Of a DNA stretch of 64,000 bases, positions 28,449-39,697 are shown in pieces. Positions within the stretch are counted from its first letter, which is position 1. The number at the start of each line of letters is the position of its first letter. Where the stretch lies: positions 210,242 to 274,241 of the IMG/VR virus record IMGVR_UViG_3300028048_000001. One strand, written 5' to 3'. Origin of the DNA: a virus. Taxonomy: Duplodnaviria > Caudoviricetes. The notes beneath the pieces were generated by a model. That model had not been told where the DNA came from. It saw nothing but the letters and a program-made list of their open reading frames with translations, and did not search any database. Made by a program: the position numbers and the translations under genes.

Positions 28449-30839
28449 TTATAAACCTATTAAATCTCCTCTATCAACAGTACCGATTCTTTGTAAAATC
28501 ATTTTCTTATTAGAATCGTATTGTCTAATAATTTTCATTGTCTCATTAATATCATCAATACTATATTGAATTAATGTTCTAGTATTTGGATTCATAGTAG
28601 ATTCTCTTAATTGCCAATCATTCATTTCACCAAGACCTTTATATCTATTAACAGATCCTAATGAAGCCATTGCTGTTGACACTAATTCATAGAGACCAAC
28701 TTTTTTACCATTTACTTTGAATAGCATATGATTTTGAGACATTGCTTTTCTAATAGGTTCAATAAGTGGTTCACAATCCTTTATAAATCTGTCATTATAA
28801 AATAAAGTTTCAATTCTATCGTTTATTAATCCTTTAATAAAAATTGTAGATCCTCTTTTTTCTATATTTTTATTTTCCATAAATCTAAATTCTGAAGTTA
28901 TTCTTTTCTTAAGAGTATCTAATCTTTCTTTTGCTATATAAGAAGTAAGAACAATTTCCAAAAGCATTGGATTAAGTTTATATCTTTCAGAAATCGTTGT
29001 AAAATCATACATATAATCAGAATTTTCTATAAGTAATCTTGAAAACGTTGCAGAATCGATAGGCTTACCTTTAATATCTGTAACAGTATTCTTCTTATAA
29101 TATTCCTTTTGCATATATCTTACAAAATCTATTCTTTCTGAAAAATACTGCATTTTATTTTTTACAGGAATACCATAAAGAGGTGGTACTGCTTTATATA
29201 CTCTACCAGATTCTACTAAACCAGGAAACATTTTTAAAAATACTAATAAAAGAAGATCTGCGATATGGGAACCATCAAAATCTCCATCGGTCATAAAAAT
29301 AATTTTTCCCACTTTCATTTTATTTATATCGAAATTTTTCCCATATCCTGCTCCTAAAATTTGTATAATAGAAGCTATTTCTACATTAGATGCTATTCTT
29401 TGTGGAGTAGCTTGAAATACATTAAGTATCTTTCCTCTAATTGGAAATATACCTTGTGTTTTTTCATCTCTTGCATTTCTTGCTGTACCTAACGCAGAAT
29501 CTCCTTCTACAATAAACAATTCTATTTCTTTTGAATTTTTGCTAGTTGGTCTTACATATTTACTTGGTAATCCACTTGTAGAAGACGTTTCATATTTTGC
29601 TGTTACTTTTATTTTTTCTGAATCTGTTTTAATTCTTACATTAGCTATATCTTTAATAAATTTACAGCATTTTAATAAATCTTGAGGTTTAGATTTTGCC
29701 CATTCATCAAGAGCATTCATAACCACAGATTTTGCATAAGGTTTAAACTCTACATTAGAAAATATTTCTTTTGCTTGTCCTGTAAATATTGGTTCTAATG
29801 CCCATGCTGAAATCATTAATTTAAGTCCAGTTTTTACATCTACTGGCATAATTCTAATTTTTAACTTTTCTTTATCTGTAAGAAATGTCTTATTTATATA
29901 ATTACAGAACCATGTGCAAATTCCATCTAATACTCCACCAACATGAGTATTTCTGTTAGCTTCTGTACTTGTTGGACACATGTTAGCATAAGCTGTAATA
30001 TCTTCTCCTCCAAGATCTTGCTGATCAAATGTAAAAGACATTTCTAATTTCATTTCCCCAGTATCATTATAAATATTAATAGGACTAATCAGCATAGCTG
30101 AACTTTTACCTATAATATTTGTCATGATACCATCTTCATTTACCATTAATTCATGATAAACTTTTCCTTTTTTATTTATACTTGTATAATCAATTTTAGT
30201 ACCAATAGGTAATAGAGAAAGAGTATCTCTTACTAATAGATATACTCTACCTGGATCTAATGGTGTTTCTCCTAATATTGTATGATCAGGTTCACATTCT
30301 ACTCTAGTACCTTGGAAAAAATCTTTATTTGGTAATAATTCTTTTTTCTTAAGAATTCCTTTTTCAAATCTTACATGCATTGCTGTACCATCATATCTAT
30401 AAGATATTACATCGAAATATGAAGAAACAGCATTAGTTACCTTAGCTCCAATGCCATTAGTTCCAGCAGTATAATCACCTTTTTTATTTTTAGTAAGATT
30501 TCTACCAGTATGACCTTCTGTATAAATTTGAACAATCATATCAAATGGTATGCCCATACCATTATCTTGTATAACAAATTTATAAGTTCTTTCATCATAT
30601 AATACTGATACAAAATTACAAGGAGATTCTGGATTGATAACTTGGTCTATCGAATTCTGAAATATTTCTCTAAAACCATTTAACCAACCTTGATCATGTT
30701 TACTTCCCAAATACATTCCTATCTTTGCTCTTACTGCATTGATAGTTCCTTCTATGTGCTTAATTTCATTTTTATAATTATCAATTACTTTTATTTGCTC
30801 ATCTGATAATCCATGTGTATTATTTATCTTTTTAGTCAT
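28449..30839 (-). CDS. gyrB: Type II topoisomerase / DNA gyrase subunit B
   Basis: GHKL motifs EIFQNSID, DNGMGIP, GTNGIG; Toprim VEGDSA, PIRGKILN, MTDGDFDG; RYKGLGEM. Start MTKK follows a GAGG SD. Confidence 0.93.
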   Translation of the reverse strand: MTKKINNTHGLSDEQIKVIDNYKNEIKHIEGTINAVRAKIGMYLGSKHDQGWLNGFREIFQNSIDQVINPESPCNFVSVLYDERTYKFVIQDNGMGIPFDMIVQIYTEGHTGRNLTKNKKGDYTAGTNGIGAKVTNAVSSYFDVISYRYDGTAMHVRFEKGILKKKELLPNKDFFQGTRVECEPDHTILGETPLDPGRVYLLVRDTLSLLPIGTKIDYTSINKKGKVYHELMVNEDGIMTNIIGKSSAMLISPINIYNDTGEMKLEMSFTFDQQDLGGEDITAYANMCPTSTEANRNTHVGGVLDGICTWFCNYINKTFLTDKEKLKIRIMPVDVKTGLKLMISAWALEPIFTGQAKEIFSNVEFKPYAKSVVMNALDEWAKSKPQDLLKCCKFIKDIANVRIKTDSEKIKVTAKYETSSTSGLPSKYVRPTSKNSKEIELFIVEGDSALGTARNARDEKTQGIFPIRGKILNVFQATPQRIASNVEIASIIQILGAGYGKNFDINKMKVGKIIFMTDGDFDGSHIADLLLLVFLKMFPGLVESGRVYKAVPPLYGIPVKNKMQYFSERIDFVRYMQKEYYKKNTVTDIKGKPIDSATFSRLLIENSDYMYDFTTISERYKLNPMLLEIVLTSYIAKERLDTLKKRITSEFRFMENKNIEKRGSTIFIKGLINDRIETLFYNDRFIKDCEPLIEPIRKAMSQNHMLFKVNGKKVGLYELVSTAMASLGSVNRYKGLGEMNDWQLRESTMNPNTRTLIQYSIDDINETMKIIRQYDSNKKMILQRIGTVDRGDLIGL

Positions 30840-31076
30840 TATTTTTATAATTCCTCTCTTAGATAAAAATATCTTCATTTATTTGTTATTACACAGGAAT
30901 TTTTTAGTAGTTCTTCATTTAAAAAATATGCCTCCTCAGAATATCATTTTGTGATTAATTAGAGGTTATTATTTATGTAAAAATATATATTATAATAAAA
31001 TCTATATATTTTTAAATTAAAAATAAAAGGTGGAGGAAATTTTCCTCCACCTTAATAAATAATTAATGCCAATTAC

Positions 31077-31976
31077 TTACTTATTCTCAGTAGTCCCAGA
31101 AGCTGCAGTATTTCCCTGCTGAGGAGCTGCTGCCTGACCAGTAGGATTCATTGCATTAGGCATATTAGTATTCATAAATCCCTGCTGAGGAGCTGCTGCT
31201 CCAACAGGATTCATACTAAATCCCTGAGTCTGAGGCTGATATCCACCAGCGAAGATAGGATTAAACTGAGGATTCTGCTGAGCAAATCCAGCATTCATAT
31301 TAGGATTAAACCCATACATCTGCTGATTAGGCATCTGAGCTGCCTGAGGCTGCTGAGGAGCCATATTAGGCTGCTGCATAGCACCATTCTGAGGATATCC
31401 ATATCCATACATCTGCTGCTGAGGAGGAACCATTCCCCAACCAGGCTGAGTCATCATAGCATAAATGTTAAACGGATTAACATTATATCCATTAGAACCA
31501 GGCACGAAACTATCAATACCTTCATATCTCTTGAAATCCTGAACAGCAATATTATACAGATCAGGAATTTTCTCAATAAACGGAATAATCTGGAAATATT
31601 CAAGAGCAGCATTAGGATCAAGAGACAGATACATAATCTTAATAGTATTTAAAATATCAAGAATATTTTCTGTAGCATTTTTAATTTCTTCTGCACTAAA
31701 ATCCTTAGTATAGAAATGTGTTCCACAAAGACCACAGGTGCAACCACCAGAACCATCAGCATCTGGAATAAGGGTTGAACTTCCAGTTGCAGAATCATAG
31801 TGATTGCACTGTCCTTTTGCAAGTTCCTCTTTGGTTACAGACAATTTAAACTGAGAAAGTCCTTTCTGAAGAAGTGCAAGATCTTCAGCAGGAAGCCAGT
31901 TGATTGTCTTTTTCTGCTGATACTGATTGGGTACCATACCAGGTGCTGGCATAAAACCATTAGTGTACATGTTCAT
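31077..31976 (-). CDS. Hypothetical protein with a putative Zn-binding motif and a Q/P/N/M-rich low-complexity C-terminus
   Basis: CNH...CTCGLC; C-terminal ~130 aa low complexity; strong SD and own terminator (31026-31053). Confidence 0.75.
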   Translation of the reverse strand: MNMYTNGFMPAPGMVPNQYQQKKTINWLPAEDLALLQKGLSQFKLSVTKEELAKGQCNHYDSATGSSTLIPDADGSGGCTCGLCGTHFYTKDFSAEEIKNATENILDILNTIKIMYLSLDPNAALEYFQIIPFIEKIPDLYNIAVQDFKRYEGIDSFVPGSNGYNVNPFNIYAMMTQPGWGMVPPQQQMYGYGYPQNGAMQQPNMAPQQPQAAQMPNQQMYGFNPNMNAGFAQQNPQFNPIFAGGYQPQTQGFSMNPVGAAAPQQGFMNTNMPNAMNPTGQAAAPQQGNTAASGTTENK

Positions 31977-32173
31977 TTTTTATTTCCTCCTTTAGAATAA
32001 TAAAATATGTACTTTTTGAATCTTAGGTGAAATGTGAGATTTTAACCGTTTGATTCATTATTATAATACATTCTTAAAATCATTTTTACAAATTGATTTT
32101 TCGAATGAATTATTCAATTCCTTCGTATTATTTAGTTAGGTGCTATTTAAAGTTTAATTGAAAAATATAGTAC

Positions 32174-32677
32174 TCAATCTTTATTAACTAAATCATCATA
32201 ATATTTTGATAAACCATTAATATCAGTACTAATAGCAGATCCTTTAAATGTTCCATAAGAAGATCCAGGTGCCACATTATCAACATTTTGGAAACTTCTA
32301 GGAGACAGAGCTTTATGAATAGTATCACCTTGAAGTTCTTTTAAAATATCATCAGAAGATTTTGTGGTTGCAAGAGGAGATAAAGATCCAATGTCCTTAT
32401 TAATTTCTCCACTTCCAGGACCAATATATGATTTTACGAAAGAAATATCATCGTAATAAATATATGTTATTACAAAAGGTTTTTCTCTTTGTGTAAGAGA
32501 AGGAATTTCGTAAGAAGAATTTGATACATTTTTCTCTACATGAACAATACAATCTCCACCATCAAAGAGCCAATGTCCTTCAATATTACCATATATAGAT
32601 TTAACATCAATAAGACCCAATTCAACGGGTCTATCTTTAAATTGTTCTAATTTTGCTAAAACAACATTTTTAATCAT
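32174..32677 (-). CDS. Hypothetical protein
   Basis: 167-aa ORF with SD. Confidence 0.7.
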   Translation of the reverse strand: MIKNVVLAKLEQFKDRPVELGLIDVKSIYGNIEGHWLFDGGDCIVHVEKNVSNSSYEIPSLTQREKPFVITYIYYDDISFVKSYIGPGSGEINKDIGSLSPLATTKSSDDILKELQGDTIHKALSPRSFQNVDNVAPGSSYGTFKGSAISTDINGLSKYYDDLVNKD

Positions 32678-32692
32678 AATAAAATTTCTCCT

Positions 32693-33751
32693 TTAATATC
32701 TTTTTTTCATTTGTTTCTTATAAGAATTTAATTCATTAATAAGACTATACAAATTACTAGCATTCTTTGTAGCATTTACATAAGAAAGTCTATTAAAGAG
32801 TATACTATAAATAGCAATATCCTGATTTACAATAGCAATAGATTGAGTAATATCTCTTATCAAAGAATCATCAATTCTAATTAAAATATTATATCTCTCA
32901 GGATCATCTATTAAATTTGCTCTTTCAATATAATCATTATAAGTATAGCCTAATGAAAATTGTAAAGCTTTATTAATTGCAAGTTTATTAGAACAATAAT
33001 TTATCAAAGTATCAATAATTACAGGCATAATTATATATTGACCAAATTTATCATAATCAACTCTGCCAGCAATCATATCATCAATTATTCTTTCTGCATT
33101 TTTACTAACTTCTTCAGTAGTAAGTTTTCCAGACGTAAAATAATTTTCTCCTCGTTGTTCTATCATTCTGATAAACCAGTTACTAATTTTTCTTCCATTA
33201 GGTTTATCATTATTATTGATATGTAAATCTTCTTTAGTAGTAGGTTTTGGAAGCATACTTCTATCCATATTGATAGGTATAGGTTGTACTCCAAATTTAT
33301 TATCATAATTAGGAACAAAATCTGATACAAGTTTATCAAAATTCATCTGTGCATTTTCTTGATTTTCATTATTTTTATTATTGTTTTTAATCAATTTATT
33401 TAAATCTAATCCTACTGAAATTGTATTTTTTACCTCTTCTGTAACTAATTTATCTACAGAAATATTATCTACAGTTTCTTCTTTAGGGTTATTAATAACT
33501 TGATCAACAACAGCATTAAATCCACTAAATACTTTATCTTTTACTAGACTCTCACTTATATTACCATTAAAATTCATAGCAGAAGATTCTGCACTTTGAG
33601 TAGTATCTTTTTCAATAAGACTATTAAATTTTGGTCTAGTCATCATAGCCATTCTTCCAGGAATTTGTCTATGATTACCCGAAATATTACTTTGATTATT
33701 ATTGGATATCATATTAGAATAATCTTCCATATTAATATCAAATTCGTTCAT
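32693..33751 (-). CDS. Hypothetical protein
   Basis: 352-aa ORF with SD. Confidence 0.7.
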   Translation of the reverse strand: MNEFDINMEDYSNMISNNNQSNISGNHRQIPGRMAMMTRPKFNSLIEKDTTQSAESSAMNFNGNISESLVKDKVFSGFNAVVDQVINNPKEETVDNISVDKLVTEEVKNTISVGLDLNKLIKNNNKNNENQENAQMNFDKLVSDFVPNYDNKFGVQPIPINMDRSMLPKPTTKEDLHINNNDKPNGRKISNWFIRMIEQRGENYFTSGKLTTEEVSKNAERIIDDMIAGRVDYDKFGQYIIMPVIIDTLINYCSNKLAINKALQFSLGYTYNDYIERANLIDDPERYNILIRIDDSLIRDITQSIAIVNQDIAIYSILFNRLSYVNATKNASNLYSLINELNSYKKQMKKRY

Positions 33752-33768
33752 TTTTATTTTTCTCCTTA

Positions 33769-34296
33769 TTAAACTTCAAATATAGTTTTATCTCCGACAT
33801 TATTTATATCGAAGTCATTCACATTAAACATATCATCACCATCTAATATTTTTTTATTTTCTCTCATTACTTTCAAGAATCTAAAAACTGTTATAGGTGA
33901 TACATCATTAAAATGAATATTATTTTTTTCATTAGTTACATTATCAGACACTACATCTGAATTTATAACACTACCACCAATAATAAATGAAGTGTTAGGA
34001 TCTATAGCTTCATATTTAACTAATTCTTTAAGATAGTCATATGTAGCTTGTCTACCTATTTTGATTTCCCATTGTCTTATTATATCATCTTTAGCATCTT
34101 CAGATGTATCATATATAGATAATAATACTAAATAAGCTTTTTTATCTGGATCTTCTTCCTCAAAAGTTATTGCAGGAATTACAGCTCCTAAATTAACACC
34201 CTCTTCTTCTTCAACATCTCTAATTATTTTATTTAATTCATCATTATCTGTTATAATTCTTCCATTTTGATTGAATATTTGTAAATTATTATCCAT
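33769..34296 (-). CDS. Hypothetical protein
   Basis: 175-aa ORF. Confidence 0.7.
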   Translation of the reverse strand: MDNNLQIFNQNGRIITDNDELNKIIRDVEEEEGVNLGAVIPAITFEEEDPDKKAYLVLLSIYDTSEDAKDDIIRQWEIKIGRQATYDYLKELVKYEAIDPNTSFIIGGSVINSDVVSDNVTNEKNNIHFNDVSPITVFRFLKVMRENKKILDGDDMFNVNDFDINNVGDKTIFEV

Positions 34297-34298
34297 TT

Positions 34299-34640
34299 TT
34301 ATACTCCATCATTAATAAGATTTCCTAATTCATCGCATTTAGCAAATCTGAATATCTGTTTAATTTCGGGATATTTATTTTTATCTACATCAGATAAGAA
34401 TTCGATCATATCTCTGGCATATACAATCCCAGTTAAAATATTTTTATAAATAACAAATTTATCTACATTTTTTACATTATCGCTTGCATTATTTGCAACA
34501 GATATAATTTTATATAAATATTTTGTAATAGGATAAGGCTTATTATTATCATCTTTTATATTCATTTCATATTTAAAATGAATGTAAAAATCTCCAGGTT
34601 TAATATCTCTGACAATTGCTATCGGTTTACTGTATTTCAT
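34299..34640 (-). CDS. DUF1653 family protein
   Basis: PGDFYIHFK...YKII.VA...VIYK...YAR...FLSDVD..KYP..KQ.FRF. Confidence 0.85.
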   Translation of the reverse strand: MKYSKPIAIVRDIKPGDFYIHFKYEMNIKDDNNKPYPITKYLYKIISVANNASDNVKNVDKFVIYKNILTGIVYARDMIEFLSDVDKNKYPEIKQIFRFAKCDELGNLINDGV

Positions 34641-34704
34641 TTTTATTTCCTCCTTTTAAATAAGTTTTGTTATTCATTATTATAATATCTTTTAGTATTT
34701 AATT

Positions 34705-35922
34705 TTACCAATATTTAGGTTTATGCTTTACATATATTAATTTATTTTTAAATCTAGTAATTGCTGTATAATTTAAAGCATTTTGATACCATCCAGGATT
34801 ACCTAAATATTCTTCAAAATAAATACCGTAATTATACTCAGAACCTTGAGCCAAATGTACTGTAGATGAATAAGCATATTCAAACAATTCACCTTTAAGA
34901 TATGGATCATTTCTAATATTTTCTCTATCGTTTTTATTCTTTGCATTTATATAATTTTTATTTATAGCAAGATCTATAAATACGTTATAAGATAAATCTG
35001 GCAAAAAATCTATTTTTATTGTTTTTCCATCATATTTTCCAACATTAGGTTGAGAAATTACATTTCCTGTAAGTCCATTTACTAATGGAATTCCATCAAT
35101 CATAATTCCCCAATTATTTTTCCTACATATTACTCTTTCTCCATAATTTGGTGTATCATTGTAATAATGTAATATATCTTCTCTTATTTTTTTATTTAAA
35201 AAATCCCTTGTATTATTTTTTCCACACAATATAACATCTGCTTTAGATAAAATATTATTATCTAATTCATCATCAAATATTACAAGAACATCATTACCAT
35301 ATAATCCATAATCTATTGGATATCCATATCTTGCTTTATGTGCTATATATACTAAAGCAGAATCTTTTTCTTGTCTCATAATTTCTGTTAAATAATAAAT
35401 ATTTCCATCTATAAAATATCCAGGTTCGTCTGCTATTGGTGGTAATTGCCCTGGATCTCCAGTAGCTATAACTTTAATATTTGTATCATCTATAAATTTT
35501 CTAAATTTTTTTGGTATCATCCAAGCTTCATCAAGTATAATTAATTTTATATTAGAATTTGTAAAATCTTTTGGAACAAATTCCCATTTATATGTAACTG
35601 TATTATATCTTGTATCTATAATATAATTTCCTTTTTCATCTATTGCTTTAACTTGAACAGGATAAAATAATCCAGAATGACAAGTACAAGCATTTTTTAA
35701 TCCATGCAATCTCATTACCATAGCTGCTTGTCCAGTATAAGCCATTGGTAATATTTGATCATCTCTTAATCCTAATCCTTTTACTATTTCTCCAATTAAA
35801 ACACTTTTACCACATCCTGCTTCAGATGCTATTTGAAATAATCTACTAGATGAATTATAAAACCAGTCTATAGCAGCATTATAAATTATTTGTTGGCCAT
35901 TGTTTAGTATAATATCATTCAT
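34705..35922 (-). CDS. SF1B Dda/RecD-like DNA helicase
   Basis: EAGCGKS, AYTGQAA, ILDEA, GDPGQLPP, LTEIMRQ, TVHLAQGSEY, YTAITR. Confidence 0.9.
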   Translation of the reverse strand: MNDIILNNGQQIIYNAAIDWFYNSSSRLFQIASEAGCGKSVLIGEIVKGLGLRDDQILPMAYTGQAAMVMRLHGLKNACTCHSGLFYPVQVKAIDEKGNYIIDTRYNTVTYKWEFVPKDFTNSNIKLIILDEAWMIPKKFRKFIDDTNIKVIATGDPGQLPPIADEPGYFIDGNIYYLTEIMRQEKDSALVYIAHKARYGYPIDYGLYGNDVLVIFDDELDNNILSKADVILCGKNNTRDFLNKKIREDILHYYNDTPNYGERVICRKNNWGIMIDGIPLVNGLTGNVISQPNVGKYDGKTIKIDFLPDLSYNVFIDLAINKNYINAKNKNDRENIRNDPYLKGELFEYAYSSTVHLAQGSEYNYGIYFEEYLGNPGWYQNALNYTAITRFKNKLIYVKHKPKYW

Positions 35923-36406
35923 CAATTTCCCACTCGCTTTGATTTATATCATACTGATGAAGATCTGTATCTGCAAATGTACCATCTAAATTAAATATAG
36001 CTTCTATAAAGCATATTATTTTATTAATATACCAATTTCCTTCAAAATTAGTACCATCTTCAAATCTTATATTAAGTTTATATTTACCATCATCTTTATT
36101 TTTATCAAAGAAATATGTAGAACACACTGGAAGATTTTCTTCTTCTACAGCATCGTCTAAATATCTTGCAAAGAATCTTTCCATTAATTTTGTACATTTA
36201 GGATCAACCGGATTAAATCTTACATCATCTTTATTTATAAACAATGCTGTGTCATTATCTATATTAGCTTTTACAGGATGATCTTCAAAAAATATAGGAC
36301 TTTTAGAATTTTGATAAAATAAAATATTACTACCTTTTTGTACTTCAATTCCAAGGGATATTAAAATATTCCTGGTAATCTCTGTAATATTGTTGATATT
36401 AATCAT
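35915..36406 (-). CDS. Hypothetical protein
   Basis: 163-aa ORF with GGAGG SD. Confidence 0.7.
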   Translation of the reverse strand: MININNITEITRNILISLGIEVQKGSNILFYQNSKSPIFFEDHPVKANIDNDTALFINKDDVRFNPVDPKCTKLMERFFARYLDDAVEEENLPVCSTYFFDKNKDDGKYKLNIRFEDGTNFEGNWYINKIICFIEAIFNLDGTFADTDLHQYDINQSEWEIDE

Positions 36407-36468
36407 TTATTTATCTTTATCCTCCATTTTTATTTCATTATTATAAAAATTATAATCATATTTTTTAA

Positions 36469-36648
36469 TTAATTATTAACCTCATCAATGCTCTGGATAA
36501 TTACAAAAAAAGCTTTTAATTTCTTTCTAAAATACTTATCTGCCATAATTGCAGCTTTCTTTTCAGTATGAGCTTCTACGATACATGTAGCAAAATTAGA
36601 AGCATCATGATTTAATTCTGCGGTTATTTTCCATTTTTTAAGTGCCAT
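36469..36648 (-). CDS. Small hypothetical protein (59 aa)
   Basis: Manual translation MALKKWKITAELNHDASNFATCIVEAHTEKKAAIMADKYFRKK...; AAGGAGG SD and early-type promoter. Confidence 0.7.
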   Translation of the reverse strand: MALKKWKITAELNHDASNFATCIVEAHTEKKAAIMADKYFRKKLKAFFVIIQSIDEVNN

Positions 36649-36757
36649 TTTTCCTCCTTTTTATAATAATAATTTGATATATCATTATTATAATATCTCA
36701 ATATATCTATTTTTAACATTCTGAAACTTCTATATAATTATTAATAGGAGAATAATT

Positions 36758-37204
36758 ATGGATAGTTCTATAATGAAAAATAATTATATAAATAGCAAAT
36801 CAAATACTCTTGGTATTCACTATGTAGAATTAATTAGTGAAAAAGTTACATATGATAATAATATTGGTAAATTTGTTATGTCATATTTAACACCAAATCT
36901 TTCTAAAAATGAATATGATACTCAACTTCCAAGACAAAGTGCTAGTAATGTTATAAATAGAGATCAACTAAGTCTTGGTGTCTCTAATATCACTACATCA
37001 AATTATGTAGAATTATCCATTCCTAAGCATTTATTTTATATTACTTCTATATCTGTTTCTGTTTATCATCCTGGAGGAGATAGTTCATCTACAAATCAGG
37101 CTAATGTTACAATACATAGAATGGAATATACAAAAGGACAAAAATTTTTAGTCTCTAATTTAGCAGGAAATTATGATAATCCTGTAATTATAGGAGTGAT
37201 TTAA
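36758..37204 (+). CDS. Putative baseplate/tail-associated protein
   Basis: 148 aa ending in NPVIIGVI; late-type promoter at 36725-36736. Confidence 0.45.
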   Translation: MDSSIMKNNYINSKSNTLGIHYVELISEKVTYDNNIGKFVMSYLTPNLSKNEYDTQLPRQSASNVINRDQLSLGVSNITTSNYVELSIPKHLFYITSISVSVYHPGGDSSSTNQANVTIHRMEYTKGQKFLVSNLAGNYDNPVIIGVI

Positions 37205-37206
37205 TA

Positions 37207-37677
37207 ATGGCTACATATTCAACAATGAAATCTGATCAAACGATAACTGTTCAAGATTTTATAGCTATGAAAAATTCTGATGAGATTACTTACTATAATT
37301 TTTCTATAGTTGAATATTTAAATGGATATGATATGTTTATTACAAACATATTATATGATTATGAAGATGAATTAAAAGATTTATGTGTATATATCAAATT
37401 ATCAGATGTTGAAAGACTTAAATATAGATATAAACCATATTTATTTGTATATGATTTATATGGTAGCAGAGAAATGGCATTTATAATAATGATGCTTAAC
37501 GGCATTATTGATCCAAAAGAATTTGATTATAATAAACTCAAAGTAATTAAATACTCAAGTCTTGCAACAGTAATAAACAGAATAGGTGCTATTAATGAAA
37601 ATTTTATGAATAAAAATAAAGCTAAATTGAAAAAAGATTTTAAAAATAATGAAGGAAATAATATTTGGATAGAATAA
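37207..37677 (+). CDS. Putative baseplate wedge protein (T4 gp53/LysM-like)
   Basis: YKPYLFVYDLYGSREMAFIIMMLNGIIDP motif. Confidence 0.6.
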   Translation: MATYSTMKSDQTITVQDFIAMKNSDEITYYNFSIVEYLNGYDMFITNILYDYEDELKDLCVYIKLSDVERLKYRYKPYLFVYDLYGSREMAFIIMMLNGIIDPKEFDYNKLKVIKYSSLATVINRIGAINENFMNKNKAKLKKDFKNNEGNNIWIE

Positions 37678-37684
37678 TATATAA

Positions 37685-37718
37685 TATAGTGGTAGGAATA
37701 GTGTTCCTACCACTATAT
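37685..37718. terminator. Bidirectional terminator
   Basis: ATATAGTGGTAGGAA...TTCCTACCACTATAT. Confidence 0.75.
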
Positions 37719-37726
37719 TTTAATTA

Positions 37727-39631
37727 TTAATTTTCATTACTTATAGGAAACATTTCTACACTATCACCTATAGAAATATCTCCTTTTCCTAATATAGTAA
37801 ATGCTATTTTAGCAGAACTACTATATTTCATACTTATTAATTCTTTTTCCCAACTTGACATTTCTTCTGTTGGGGGTTGTAATGGTACAAGTTCGATAAT
37901 TGGTTGTTGAATATCATAATTATCATATACGGGAATAGATGGTGCTCCAATTACATTAATATTTGGATTCATTATTTCATTTATGGATACTTCTCCTGTA
38001 GATACGGTTTCATTTACTGTTGATATATTACTTTGACTAAACATATCTTCATCATCATCAACTCTTTTATTAGAAATTTTAACATAGTCATTATTGCTCA
38101 TTCTTAAAGGACCAGCTTCTTTATCAATAAGGGTCCATTTATATGCTGGATAATCACTATTTACATCTTCTATTAATTTGAGTCCATGATTTTCCATAAA
38201 TGGTTGAAAGAAAATTTCAACATCACATTTAGTTCTAGATTTTATAGAACTTATTCCCATATAATAATTACCTTTTGAATCTGTTTCTTTATTTAAAATT
38301 ATACCATTATCACAATTATCAATCATCAATAAAGAATCAGATACATTATTAACTCCCAATGACCTAATGATATCTTTTTTATTTTTATTTTCACCAATAT
38401 TTTTAGCAGCTTCTCTATTTAAATGGGATATAGTTATTACAGGTATATCTTGTATATTTGCAAATGCTTTAAATTCATTAACAATATTTCCCAAATCTAA
38501 TCTCATATCTTTTGACGGATCAATAGACCTTATTCTTTTTATATGATCAACTATAATACAAATTGGTTCTTTATTTTGAGATTTTATTTTATCTACTAAA
38601 GCATATAAATAATTAGTCGATTGAGATAAATTTGGTTGATATTCCATATATAAGTCTATATCTTCATGCCCAGAATATGCTTTAAGTGCATCTCTAAATA
38701 ATGATTTTGCAACATCATACTGAGTATACTCAGACATAACTTTACCTGTAATCATATTAAAAATTCTTGTAACATTCTCTTGTACAGAATTTTCCATAGT
38801 TAAGAATACTATACAAGGTTTCTTTGTTGGATCTTTTGTTTTATATTCATAATTATATTTAGATATTTGTAAAGCAACATCCAATGCAAAGAATGATTTA
38901 CCGGTTGCAGCTGTCCCGAAAAATATATATACTCTTCCAGATTGAAATCCACCATTGAGCATTCTATTAAGTCCTATTAATCCTGTTTTTAATACTCTTG
39001 ATGGACTTGTTTCTTTAGAAAATATATCTCTAAAAGTACTATCAAATGTATCATCATATAAACTAAATTCTGGTTCTATATTTTTACCACTTTCAATTTT
39101 ATTAAAAGCAGAATTTAATTTTTGTACTAAATCTCTAATTTCATTTATCGTTAGAGTTCTATTAATTCCTGTATTACTGTGAAGATCTGTAGCTAATTTA
39201 GCTATATTATTAAAATTACTATCAACAAAATATGATTCTGATAATGAACAAGATTGTTCATTTATATAAGCTAATTCATCATCAGATATTTCATCATACA
39301 TTGAAATATCTAATAATTCTTCGTTACCAATACCACCATTTATATATTGTATTATTAAATCTTTATCTTTTAAATGTTTATTTACTTTAGCTTCTAAGCC
39401 TTTTTTGATAAAATTAATTCGTTTTACTCTTTCGATATCATTACCATAATCTGATATCATTACTTTATCAAATAAGTTTTGTACTAATATTAAACTTGAA
39501 GTTTTAATGTTTGAATTTGTAGATATAATATATCTACAATATAGATCTAATGTTTTTATATCAAATAATTGAGTTATTTTTTCTTTTTTCTTTTCTAAAT
39601 TATTATAATTAGCTGCTCGTCTAATGTTCAT
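37727..39631 (-). CDS. dnaB: DnaB-like replicative helicase
   Basis: TGLIGLNRMLNGGF, Walker A GTAATGKS, FLTMEN, IIVDH, ISHLNR. Confidence 0.88.
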   Translation of the reverse strand: MNIRRAANYNNLEKKKEKITQLFDIKTLDLYCRYIISTNSNIKTSSLILVQNLFDKVMISDYGNDIERVKRINFIKKGLEAKVNKHLKDKDLIIQYINGGIGNEELLDISMYDEISDDELAYINEQSCSLSESYFVDSNFNNIAKLATDLHSNTGINRTLTINEIRDLVQKLNSAFNKIESGKNIEPEFSLYDDTFDSTFRDIFSKETSPSRVLKTGLIGLNRMLNGGFQSGRVYIFFGTAATGKSFFALDVALQISKYNYEYKTKDPTKKPCIVFLTMENSVQENVTRIFNMITGKVMSEYTQYDVAKSLFRDALKAYSGHEDIDLYMEYQPNLSQSTNYLYALVDKIKSQNKEPICIIVDHIKRIRSIDPSKDMRLDLGNIVNEFKAFANIQDIPVITISHLNREAAKNIGENKNKKDIIRSLGVNNVSDSLLMIDNCDNGIILNKETDSKGNYYMGISSIKSRTKCDVEIFFQPFMENHGLKLIEDVNSDYPAYKWTLIDKEAGPLRMSNNDYVKISNKRVDDDEDMFSQSNISTVNETVSTGEVSINEIMNPNINVIGAPSIPVYDNYDIQQPIIELVPLQPPTEEMSSWEKELISMKYSSSAKIAFTILGKGDISIGDSVEMFPISNEN

Positions 39632-39697
39632 TTTTACGATACCATCTCTTTTAATGATAAAAAGTATAAGATAGTTATAGTAAAAGTATATTTCTAT

